The notes: a model not told the origin generated them from the sequence alone. A stretch of DNA of 64,000 nt from Azolla caroliniana (GCA_043228905.1 JBHGNT010000021.1:10540001-10604000); one strand, 5' to 3'. Shown: positions 26,925 to 39,042, counted from the first letter of the stretch. Program-made: numbers and translations.

Positions 26925-28355
26925 GTTAATTAGTGGCTACTCTTGGAACTGCTCGATATAGCTACATCTTAGCTAAATAGCTATTCTTCTTAACTATGGT
27001 AGTACCTAATTAGCTATCTCTCTTGATACTGCTTAGCTAATTAGCTACATCTTCGCTAATTACCTACTAGAATATAGGTTGACAGTAGCTAATTAGCTAT
27101 CGCTTAGCTAATTAACTACCACTTCGCTAATTAACTATCGCTCGATATGGCTACATCTTAGCTATATAGCTATTCTTCTTAACTATGGCAGTACCTAATT
27201 AGCTATCACTCTTAATATTGCTTAGCTAATTAGCTACATCTTAGCTAATTAGCTGCTAGACTATAGGTTGAATCAAGGTTTAGGGTTTAGGATTTAGGGT
27301 AATTAGTGACTACTCTTGATACTACTCGTTATTGCTACATCTTAGCTAAATAGCTATTCTTCTTAACTATGGCAGTACCTAATTAGCTATCACTCTTGAT
27401 ATTGCTTAGCTAATTAGCTACATCTTAGCTAATTACCTGCTAGACTATAGGTTGACAATAGCTAATTAGCTACCGTTTAGCTAATTAACTACCACTTAGT
27501 TAATTAGCTACCGCTCGATACTACTACATCTTAGCTAAATAGCTATTCTTCTTAACTATGCCAGTACCTAATTAGCTATCAGTCTTGATACTGCTTAGCT
27601 AATTAGTTACATCTTAGCTAATTACCTACTAGACTATAGGTTGACAATAGCTAATAAACTACCACTTAGCTAATTAGCTACCGCTCGATACTACTACATC
27701 TTAGCTAAATAGCTATTCTTCTTAACTATGGCAGTACCTAATTAGCTATCACTCTTGATATTGCTTAGCTAATTAGCTACATCTTAGCTAATTACCTGCT
27801 AGATTATAGGTTGAATCAAGGTTTAGGGTTTAGGGTTTAGGATTTAGGGTAATTAACGACTACTCTTGATATTGCTCGATACGGCTACATCTTAGCTAAT
27901 TAGCTATCCTTCTTAACTATTACAATAGTTAATTAGCTACCACTCTTGATACAGCTTAGCTAATTAGCTACTGACATTAGATTGGCAGTATCTTAATAGC
28001 TGCATCTTAGCTAATTAGTTACTAGACTATAGATTGACATTAGCTAATTAGCTACATCTTAGGTAATTAGCTATTCTTTTTAACTATGGTAGTACCTAAT
28101 TAGCTAGTCTACCTATGTATGGTAGTAGCTCATTAGCTACCACTCTTGATATTGCTTAGCTAATTAGCTACATCTTAGCTAATTAGCTGCTAGACTATAG
28201 ATTGGAAGTAGCTAATTGGCTATTCTTCTTTACTATGGGAGCAATTAATTAGCTAGGACTCTTGATATTGCTTAGCTAAGTATGGTAGTAGCTAATTATC
28301 TACCACATAGCTAATTAGCTACTACACTATAGTCTACAATAGCTAATTAGCTACA
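26925..28355. repeat. Satellite built on the 14-bp palindrome TAGCTAATTAGCTA, with short TTTAGGG runs
   Basis: Dozens of TAGCTAATTAGCTA variants with higher-order repeats; TTTAGGG runs near 27280 and 27822. Confidence 0.95.
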
Positions 28356-29442
28356 AACACGTTCACATTCACAAGTGGAAGGATTGCGCATTCCACTTGT
28401 AGAATCTTCTTGAAACTATCCAAATATACCCTCTCTACAAAAATTGGATGCACTAGTATCACATGTTCTACAACTTTATTAGAATTTGCAAATATAAAAA
28501 TACATGATAGGTCTACGAGTGGAGATCATTAGAAATCATGCCAGTTTGGACGTGTTGATAAGTTAATGTAGGCATAATAAAGTTCAACAATGGCTCAATA
28601 TGTCACTAATGTGCAACATGGGAAACACTAAGTTAAAGACTTATATTAATTTGGTAAGTTTTACAAAAATATGAGATGTACTTGTATCCATACTAATAAA
28701 ATGAGTTATAATTTATACTTTGACCCATACATGCATGTATATAATTGTGGACAATGTAGAATAGTGCACTTTAGGATAATGTGATTCGAATAACTAACTT
28801 ATTAAAGCATTCAATACTTGTATTTAAAGTTGATCTAATCTATTCCTCAGTTTGTTAGTATGGGATCAAACCATATGTATATAATTGTGGACAATGTAAG
28901 ACAATGAACTTTAGGATAATGTGGTGGAAATAACAACCCTATTAAGGCTTTCATACTTGTATTAAAAATTGATCTACTCTATTGCTTAGGTGATTCACAC
29001 AAGATCAAACTCCGAATGATAACACTAGTGGAACTACAAGCGTATAATAACATGCGGATAATGCTAGTGGAACCATTATCAACACACTACACAATCTAAG
29101 CAGCAATGGAATAGAAACATAATAGTTTTAACAATAGAAGACAAAGATCCATAATAACAACATGGATAGTCATGGCAACAATTCTACAACCATGTTATGT
29201 TAAGGTAAACTTGGACCAAAATCAGCCTCAATTTAAACTAATTCATGTTTCTCCAGAAATTTGGTAGTCAGCTATGCATGCGGTGAAACCAATGTCAGAA
29301 GTCTACTAACCAAGTATATACAAATAAAATTGAAACATATAGAAGATTATAAAGAATAGAATCCACCAAGTAAAACCCAAAATTTGTATTAATAATGTGA
29401 AATCCAAACATATCGTCAATGTCATTTTCTTCATAGAGTCTA

Positions 29443-30041
29443 TTACATAGCAATCAATTCATCAATGTCATTTTCTTCATCATCCTGTGTAGAAGTCTCT
29501 TCGGCTATATGTGCATTGGCTTCCCCTGTTAGCCGAGCCAATGAAATATCTTCTATAAGCTCATCATCAAGCTCTATTAGCTCCCCCAGTTCCCCGGCTA
29601 ACGGAGGAATAGGCTCTCGCGAAGCAGGTTGAAACCTTTCTTTATCAGCGAGGTTCTTTGCACCGACCTCCTCGTCCTGGTCTTGGCACTCCCACAAAGC
29701 CTTAATCCTCATGTTTATAAATATAACCTACTCCTCGTCCTTGTCCAATGCAACTGTGTTTCTAAAGAGCTTCAATGCACATGCAAACGTCGTTCCTGTG
29801 AAGAAAGTAACAAGAAGAATTAGTTCTCAAACAAAAAAGATTCGGTATTGGTTATCTCAAGATCGTTACCCTAGTTCGAGGAATACCTATGCCAGAAAAG
29901 AGGTCTAATATCCAGTCTCCTTCGATAGAAAACATCTCGATCACGCGCATCATAAGTCGTTGAGGTTTTTGGTATGGGTTGACAAGTCCCCGTTCTGTCG
30001 TGGTGACATGTCGCAATTTCCGTGTCACTGCTAGATATACC
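29443..30041 (-). pseudogene. C-terminal part of a beta-class N4-cytosine/N6-adenine DNA methyltransferase, two exons
   Basis: Exon 30041-29887 reads VNPYQKPQRLMMRVIEMFSIEGDWILDLFSGIG. GT-AG intron 29886-29796. Exon from 29795 reads TTFACALKLFRNTVALDKDEE*VIFINMRI plus an acidic tail. One in-frame TAG at 29728-29730. Confidence 0.8.
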
Positions 30042-30143
30042 CTAAAAGAATATTGATTTTGACAGAAAGTTTGATATCTTTTCACACAATACTAAGTTGT
30101 TGCCCCAAAGACACAATATTCCTCTTTCAAGTTCTTGTTTTAT

Positions 30144-30856
30144 ACAGGAACTCGATACGTCGTATCGAGTTCATGTATAAAACACAAACATAATCCAGTA
30201 GCTCGATACGTTGTATCAAGTTCCTCTGTAAAAGAGTTGCGTTATACAGGAACTCGATACGGCGTATTGAGTTCCAATTTAAAATGCACACTATACACAG
30301 GAAAATATAAACTGTGTATAGGAACTCAATACGCCGTATCGAGTTCTTGTATAACGTTTGTGTTTTAAACAGGAACTCGATACGCCGTATTGAGTTTCTA
30401 TAGAAAACACATATTATACAGGAACTCGATAAGGCGTATCGAGTTCCTTTTTAAAACACAAACATTATACAGGAACTCGATACGGCGTATAGAGTTCCTG
30501 TTTAAAACACAAACGTTATACAAGAACTCGATACGCTGTATCGAGTTCCTATTTAAAACAGAAACGTTATACAGGAACTCGATACAGCACATCGAGTTCT
30601 TGTATAAAATACACATATTATACAGGAACGCGATACGGTGTATCGAGTTCCTGTTTAAAACACAAACATAATACAGGAACTCGATACGGCGTATCAAGTT
30701 CCTGTTTAAAACAAAAACTTTAAACAGGAACTCAATACACCGTATCAAGTTCCTATATAAAACCTAAACTTCACACAAGAACTCAATACGCCGTATCGAG
30801 TTCATGTATATTTTTTGTGTTTTATACAGGAACTCGATGCGCGTATCGAGTTCCTG
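30144..30856. repeat. Array of ~51-bp units, each with palindrome ACAGGAACTCGATACG-N-CGTATCGAGTTCCTGT
   Basis: About 14 units visible; gives 17-aa periodic spurious ORFs on both strands. Confidence 0.95.
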
Positions 30857-30900
30857 ATGCTAAAACATATTTACAGAAATGTCCACAATGTCAGAGGCTT

Positions 30901-31079
30901 ACCTGGAGTCCTGGCGCTCTATTTTCTTTGAAGAAATGGATGTATTTGTCGATTATTAGGCGGAGATCTCGCAATCGTACTACGTGCTCTGTTTGCTATG
31001 TTTGCTCTATTTGCTCTGTGTGCTTTGTGTGCTCTTGTGTTTCGTGTGAGTGAAATATGACGAGGTCTTCCTATTTATA
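30901..31079 (-). promoter_or_regulatory. Putative TATA box and non-coding first exon of the MTase-side transcript
   Basis: TATAAATA at 31079-31072 (also in copy B at ~54343); CAG|GTAAG donor at 30902. Confidence 0.45.
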
Positions 31080-32770
31080 AGGATTGACCACAGTGGTTAA
31101 AGTAACCACAGTCAGCTTAACCAGGGTTGGCAAGCGTGAGGTTAGTTAGTTAGTAACCACAGTCACATTAACTTGAGTAACTTATGATTGCATTAATGAT
31201 TAAAAAGTCAAACTAAGATATTGATGAATATTTTATAGTCAAAATAACTTACAATGACGTTGAAGGTCATGAAGGAAACAATGATAGAGGTTCATGAATG
31301 AACCAATGATTGATTACTGAAATCAACTTTTTTATGACTCTTAATTGCTTTGTATTAAAGATGTGGGCATGAATGAACCAATGATTGAAAAGTCTTATAT
31401 TTAAAATGGTGCCATTAATGAACCAATGATTGAGAATTTCTATATTAAATATGGGTGCCATTAATTAATCAATGATTTTAACTTTAATCCAACATATTTA
31501 TGGCTTGGTAATGATTGTAATTATATTATACTTGATTTAACTTCATATAGACTAGTTTAAGTAATTATTAATATGTTAAATACAATTACTATAATAATAA
31601 AAGTATTTTTCATGTATTGTATTAATATAATATTTAATATTATAGACATTATATTGAGGGAGCTTTTGGTTAGAGAGGAGTTTATGTTTAGAGAGGAGTA
31701 TATGGTTAGAGAGGAGCTTATTAGTTTTTTGCCTTAGCCTAAGCACATAACTTAAAGAGCTTTGTCTAGACCTTAAGCCATGAGTGAAGATTCACCGTTC
31801 TCGATTGAAGAATATTGTTTGTCATCAGACTCTTCGTTTTCTACCGAAAAATATTGTTTGTCAACAGACTCACTATTTTCTATTGAAGAATATTGTCTAT
31901 CGACAAACTCGCCATATTCTATCGAAGAGTATTGTCTGAGCTCATCTTCACCTACAACGAATGTGAATAATGACACATGTGAAGAGTTCTCTATTGAAGA
32001 ATATGATATTAATAAAGATACGGAGAATGAAGGTAGTGCCAATGAAACATCGAATATCATGGGTGATGGTCACAACAAAGAATTGGATAGTAACAAGGTG
32101 ACACCAACTTCTATGCAGGAAGAGAAATCTGGAAGCCCTATGCATATTAGAATAATCCCACGAAGAATTCGTCTGGCTAGATTTAACTTGGTGACATCAG
32201 ATAAACATATTGGATTTGATGTCAAAACAATATGTTGTGCTCGTGGTTGTATGTCTATGATTGGAAAATCAAAGTAGTGAGAGTTAAGGCGATACTATTT
32301 TTCGATGACTGGTGATGACAGAGACACTTACCTCGGATCACATATGCAACTAGTGTGTGACAAATGTACGGGGATCAAAGTATCATTCGAGTATTATATC
32401 TTCCATGCGCATCATATATGTAGAGTTGCATTCAAATTTGCGTTATGTGTTAGTAACATGCGGCTACATAGAGTACAACAACGTCTACTTAACGGGGATC
32501 AGATGCTCAATCGTAAAGAAGTTCCAAGTATGAAAGGTGCAATTGGAAGACATGCTATTGGTTGGATGAAAACTTACTTTCAGTTAAATTGTGAAGTAAT
32601 GCCCACTACAGGTAGGATGCACCTTTCTGATAATTACACACATCGGGAAGTTTATAATGTCTATCGATCTGATATGGTGGGCTCACGTAATAAGTCTGTC
32701 ACATATAGCCAATTCACAAGATTATGGAGAGCTCGGTTTTCAAATGTATCATTCCACGTAAAGTACGCAT

Positions 32771-35700
32771 AACACGTTTGCGTTCACAAGTGGAAGGATC
32801 GCGCACAAGTGGAAGGATAAGGAATATTCTGTTTGATTTTGGGGTTTTTTTTGCCATTTCACAAAACATCTTGATACTAGTATCACATGTTCTCCAAAAC
32901 TTGATGAAAAAGTTGAAATTTTCACCATTTGGTAAAATTGAAAAATGCCAAATTTGGGTAAAATATGAAAAGTAACTTTGTGGATTTTTAAAGAAAAATG
33001 ACAACTAATAAGTTTTTAGATCTTAAAGAAATCAAAGTAGAATATTTCAAAACAATGAACGTTTTTATTCCATTCGATAAAATGTTGTCTAAATTTGTTA
33101 CATATAGTTGCACAACAAATACATTTGGGAGTTATCTGCATGACTATCATCATTCTTTTCATGAGAATCACTACTATAGATAATATACAATTGTGACTCT
33201 TCCTCCTCATCTTCTAATGTACCAATCAAATCATTGTCTTCACCAAATGGTATCTCCAAATTTTGTGCAATAAATCTTCTTCGTCTTCAATCTGAGATAT
33301 CTTCTAGACTTGCTAATATCTCTTTTATTATGCATATCGTTGTTGTCCTTATACATCCAACTTTTATTTGTGTAAAGTCATACATAATGATATCCACCTC
33401 ATTAATGTCAATGATAGATGTATTACAAAGGTTTTATGCATCATCACGTCCAAAACTTTACCAATGCAGAATTGGTACCCTAGGTCATGGCCATCTACAT
33501 GTGTAGCTATTAATATCCCCACCTTGACTTCTTGCAAGTTTCCTTGTCACCTGAGTTATGCTAGTGTTGTCATCATTCGTTCCAACTATAAAGATCAACA
33601 TTAAGTAGTGATTGAGAACCACATGAACACTTTATGGACCGTGTAAATGGCATTTGCAAGGTTCAATTACCATCAACATAATTATTAATAGTTTTTTGTT
33701 AATCAATGATGCACATGTTTACCATAAAGTATCTTATTGTACAGCATACTTGTTTGCACTATCGATATGCATCTTTTTCTCTTGTAAAAACAAAGATTTT
33801 AGTACGATTCAAGTTCATGTTTAAAAAACCTCTTTTATCTGAAAAACAACAAGATTTTAAACATTAAGTCGATATGTTATATCGAGTTGATGTAAAAAAT
33901 AGAGTTTTCATCATAATTCCATACAATGTATTGAATTCTTGCTCAAAGTTTTTTTTACTAGATTTAAAAAATAATAATAATAATAAATTGTGCTTGAGTT
34001 CATCTAGAAAACCATAATTTTCATCACAATTCGATATAATGTATTGAGTTCATGCTTAAAGTAATTTTTTCTAATTGTTTTCAATTTTGTTTCAATTTTT
34101 TTCAATTTTTTATAGTTTTTTATTGATTTTGTTTTATTTTTTAAACATCAATTTGATACATTGTATCAACTTGTGATAAAAGCTCTGGTTTTTTCATCAC
34201 TTATTAAAGCTCAATTTTGTTTTAGAAAAAAAAACAAAGTACCAAAATAAAATAGAAAAAAATGTAATTATTTTTTTTTAAAAATCCAAAATTAAACTTT
34301 TCATGTCATGATATGGTAGGACTCGAACCCATGACCTTATGTTACATGGGTCAAGCTCTTGACCATTAAACCATACATTGTAATACATAAAATATTATTT
34401 TTATCACTTCTTAAAGCTTAATTTTGTTTTAGAAAAAAAACAAAACACCATAATAAAATAGGAAAAAATGTAATTATTTTTAAAAAAAAATCCGAAATAA
34501 AACTTTAAACATGAACTCGATACACCGTGTCGGGTTCATATAAAAAAGTTAGCTTTTCAACATGAACTTGATACGCCGTATCGGGTTCATGTAAAAAAGT
34601 TAGTATCGAGTTCTTGTAAAAAAGCTAACTTTTTTATATGTCATGATATGGTAGGACTCAAACCCATGACCTTCTACTACATGGGTGGAGCTCTTGACCA
34701 TTAGACCATGCATTGTAATACATATATTATTATTTTTATCACTTATTAAAGCTTAATTTATTTTTAGAAAAAAAACAAAACACCATAATAAAATAGGAAA
34801 AAATGTAATTATTTTTAAAAAAAAATCCGAAATAAAACTTTAAACATGAACTCGATACACCGTGTCGGGTTCATGTAAAAAAGTTAGCTTTTCAACATGA
34901 ACTTGATACGCCGTATCGGGTTCATGTAAAAAAGTTAGTATCGAGTTCTTGTAAAAAAGCTAACTTTTTTATATGTCATGATATGGTAGGACTCGAACCC
35001 ATGACCTTCTACTACATGGGTGGAGCTCTTGACCATTAGACCATGCATTGTAATACATATATTATTATTTTTATCACTTATTAAAGCTTAATTTATTTTT
35101 AGAAAAAAAACAAAACACCATAATAAAATAGGGAAAAATGTAATTATTTTTAAAAAAAAATCTGAAATAAAACTTATTAAATCTTAAAGTTTTTTAGGAA
35201 AAAAAACAAAATACCAAAATAAAATAGGAAAAATGTAATTATTTAAAAAAATAAATCGGAAATAAAACTTTAAACATGAACTCGATACGCCGTATCGAGT
35301 TCATGTTGAAAAGGCGTATCGAGTTCATGTAAAAAAGTTAACTTAGTTCATGTCGTGATATGTAGGACTTGAACCCATGACATTATGCTACATGGGTCAA
35401 GCTCTTGACCATTAGACGATACATTGTAATACATAAAATATTATTTTCCTCACTTATTAAAGCTCAAAACTTTTTAGAGAAAAAAACAAAATACCAAAAT
35501 AAAATAGGAAAAAATGTAATTATTTTAAAAAAATAAATCGGAAATAACACTTTCAACATGAACTCGATACGTCGTAGATTAACTCATGTCATCAGCATTC
35601 CCTCTCAGTCCCTCTCTCTCTCTTACTCTCTCTCTCTCTTCTTTTCTCAAGTGTTCTACACCTTAAATTCTTCTTAGTACTAATATTTCTCTCTTAGTAC

Positions 35701-36918
35701 TAATTTCGTCTCTGTCTTAGAATTTTGTTTTTGAGCTTTAATAAGTGATGAAAAAACCTGAGTTTTTATCACAAGTCGATACAATGTATCAAGTTCATGT
35801 TTAAAATTATTATTTTTTCCATAAAAAATAAAAAAAATAAAAGAAATTAAAGAAATTAAAAGAAACAAAAAGAAACAAAAAAAATTTGAAAAAAAATAAA
35901 AAAAATTGAAACAAATTGAAAATGTTTTTTTTTAAATTAGAAAAAATTACTTTAAACATGAACTCGATACATTGTATTGAATTGTGATGAAAAACCTGGT
36001 TTTTCAATGAACTCAAGCTTAATTTATTATTATTATTATTATTTAAATCCGGTAAAAAAACTTTGAACATGAATTTAATATATTGTATAGAGTTATGATG
36101 AAAACTCTATTTTTTACATCAATTCAATAAAACATATCGTGTTCATGTTTAAAACTCTTGTTGTTTTTCCAATAAAAGAGGTTTTTAAAGATGTATGTTG
36201 CACAACAAGATACCTTATGGTAAATATGTGCTTCATTTATTAGAAGAAAACCATTAATAATTGTGTTGATGGTAATTGAACTTTGCAAATGCCATTTACT
36301 TCACAAATTTTGAAGGGGAATTCTTATAAGGAAGGAGATTATAACATTGTAGATACCTTGATAACTATGTGTTATGTTCAAATTGATATATTAATGTTCA
36401 CATCTAAAGTTTGACAATTTATGAATATCGTCTACATTTTAGGAGTTGTGGATTTATCAAAATTGTTTATGAATATTGTCTACATTTCTTGAGTTGTGAA
36501 TTTATGGATGTTAATGAGCACTAATTTATAGATGATGACATTAAGGATTGCAATATTACCTTTTATACTTAAAACATTTTCAAGTCTAACAATAGATGTA
36601 ACCTTAATCTTCTCAAGACGGTGAAACCATTAATCTTAACTTGTGCCTTGAGTTGACCATAATTGTGATTTTCTTTAAGTTAACTACATTTCATATTTGC
36701 AAACCATCAACATTTAAACATTATCCCTAAACTATTCAATTTTAGAAATTATCATTTAGAAATTTGTTAAATCTCAAAAAATTAGCAAAATTTACATGCT
36801 ATTTAAAACATGTGATACTAGTGTATCAAGTTTTTGGAAATTGTCTAAAATCGCAAGATTATAAAAGGAATCTATAAGTGCAATGCGCAATCCTTCCACT
36901 TGTGAATGCAAAGGTGTT
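32771..36918 (-). mobile_element. Non-autonomous member (N) of the same transposon group
   Basis: TIRs AACACGTTTGCGTTCACAAGTGGAAGGATCGCGCA and its inverted counterpart; 4-bp TSD GCAT (32767-70, 36919-22). Empty site AAAGTACGCATGGGG is seen in copy B. Degenerate transposase C-terminus at ~33300-33555 (-). Confidence 0.92.
34300..35570 (-). repeat. ~335-bp tandem repeats, each with a tRNA-like A/B-box segment and GAACTCGATAC palindromes
   Basis: Four tRNA-like copies (~34312, 34646, 34981, 35358); minus strand TGGTCTAATGG...GGTTCGAGTCC. Confidence 0.85.
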
Positions 36919-39042
36919 GCATGGGGTATTGCTCCATTTGTGCAAATCTTAAAAGTTTGGCTAAACGTGCAAAGACATCAATGGAAAAGGATATGAGTAA
37001 GAAGTTATTACAAGAGCATCATGACGCACAATCGTTAGAACGAAAGAAGGCGATGCATCATAGAGAGAAGTGTTTGAAGAGGCCTGAACAATACATGTGC
37101 TTAATGATAGATGGCATGGACCAGAAGAAGACGTGCTTGCCGCATATGCGGAGGCTCCCCAAAGACGTCAATGATAAGTGCCTTGTTCAAATGCACTTGG
37201 TGGGATGCTTGGGTTATAATAGGTTTGTTGGACCTCACGTCTTCATGACATACCCCAATGTTCACAATGACCCTAACCTAATAGTTACAGTGATTCACCG
37301 AGTTTTGATGTCTTGGGGCCAACCCTTCCCCCCTGTTCTATCTATACATTCAATTGGACAATACTCCTAGAGAGAACAAAAATTCAACTATGTTTGGCTA
37401 TCTAAGTATGTTGGTCAACCAAGGACTGTTTAGGAAAGTGAAAGTCAATTTTCTTTTGGTTGGCCACACACATGATCATATAGATCAGATGTTTAGAACA
37501 TTCTCCGGACAGTTGTCTCGGCATGATGCTTTCACATTACCTAAACTATTTGATGTCATTTGTGATGCATATACACCACGCCCAAAAGTGTTACACTTGA
37601 AGGAGGTATATGGCTTTAAGAGATATATATCAGATGGGGTTGTTGGGATTGTTAAATTGCTTGCCCAATTAAACAATATAAGCTTCAATCACATTTTTAT
37701 GATAAAGAAAAATGAAATAAGTGGTTCTTCACTTTTGTATGCTAAACAATATTCATCTTCTACAACATGGGAACCTGAAGGTGGTTGTCAGTTATTACTT
37801 TGTATGCCGAGTTCAATTGTCCATGGAGCTAAGCAAATGCCAATTGAGAAGAAAGGATAGTTGCAGAGTGACTTGGTATCGGAAAAAATAAAGGTTATGG
37901 CTCCAAGCCTTAGAAGAAAAAAGAAAGCATATTGACGCCGCCAAGAAATATGCCGCACAACAAGACACGTCATGGTGGGATGTATTTTATAGTGATTAGA
38001 AAGGATTCACATGGTCGTTGCAACACGATCGTGTAAATAGAACTCCGGAGCAACCAACAAATGAGATTAATGACAGTTTGGTCCATCCACAACAAAGAGA
38101 CATTTATGTGGGACCAAGGATGACCAAAGTAGCCAAAGCTTGATGGCAAGGCAATTTGCAAGAGCTCACGACGGGGATGTTGATTGCAACGCTGGCTGAT
38201 GAGAATTCACATGGCCACCAATTTTGGGTTGGTAAAATTCGAGAAGTGCTAATGCATGAAATAGAAAACACTATCAAGTCTATAAACGTTCATTGGTACA
38301 ACACTAGAAATGCAAATGCTTTTACAGGTAAGTATACATTGGGGATGATTGAATGCCCAACAAGAAGGGGAGGTAGGAAGAGGAAGCGAAACATTCGTAA
38401 CACCTCTACCCTTGATATCTTTGATGTGGATATCATCGTGTACGACTTCACACTTACAAAAGTCGGACGATTAAGGAAGTCAACAATAGATATAATAAAA
38501 GAAAAATTACCAGTTCTACAAGGTGGCTCGAGTCAAAGGCAAACGAGATCTGCTACATATAATCTAGAGTCAAACCATTTGGTTTATGATGAAGATAATG
38601 CACTGATTGGTACATCCGAGGATGAAGAGGAGGAATCGTCATTGTATATTAGTTATAGTAGTGATTCTCCATAAAGGAATGATCATGAATGTATTTTTGG
38701 CTATTAAGTGTAAATACATTTCGCTCGTAACAAATAAAGTAATATAAAAGCATGTGTTTTGAATTCTTATGATTTCTAAAAAATCGTTTCTTATAAAATA
38801 ACATTGGTTGTAAAGTTTGTGATATAAATTGAAAATGTAACCTTTTGAAATTCCTCTTCTTTTAGTTACTTCTAAATCACGGAAATAGTGGATTTTTAAC
38901 CTTTTTCATAGTATGTTTGTACGTGTATGATACTGGTATCAATGTGTTTTGTAAAATCATTGAAAAAGCCCTAAAATCAACCAAAATTTTCCTTATCCTT
39001 GCATTTATGCGCGATCCTTCCACTTGTGAATGCGAACGTGTT

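Larger units (their letters stand above)
31780..38674 (+). pseudogene. Sola-like transposase of copy A, split by element N and frameshifts
   Basis: N-terminal 13-aa repeats, CC..C motif, C..C..L motif, DGMDQ / QLDNT / GHTHDHIDQ acidic triad, C-terminal FWVGKI..VHWY domain. Confidence 0.85.
28356..39042 (+). mobile_element. Sola-like DDD DNA transposon, copy A (carries an MTase remnant; contains nested element N)
   Basis: 36-bp TIRs AACACGTTC(A/G)CATTCACAAGTGGAAGGAT(T/C)GCGCAT at 28356-28391 and 39007-39042 (34/36). Transposase motifs DGMDQ, LDNT.RENKN, FLLVGHTHDHIDQMF. Confidence 0.88.

Noticed and set aside
30135-30748. Repetitive ORFs RNSIRRIEFLFKTQTLY (also 54632-55219)
   Set aside because: Artefacts of a 51-bp palindromic unit that is open on both strands
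30144-30856. CRISPR array (palindromic repeats with spacers; also 54549-55372)
   Set aside because: Linkers are only ~18 bp and are variants of one another, there are no cas genes, and the context is a eukaryotic transposon
34312-35420. Functional tRNA genes (also 26079-26140)
   Set aside because: Only A/B boxes and a T-arm-like part are recognisable; no complete cloverleaf or clear anticodon arm
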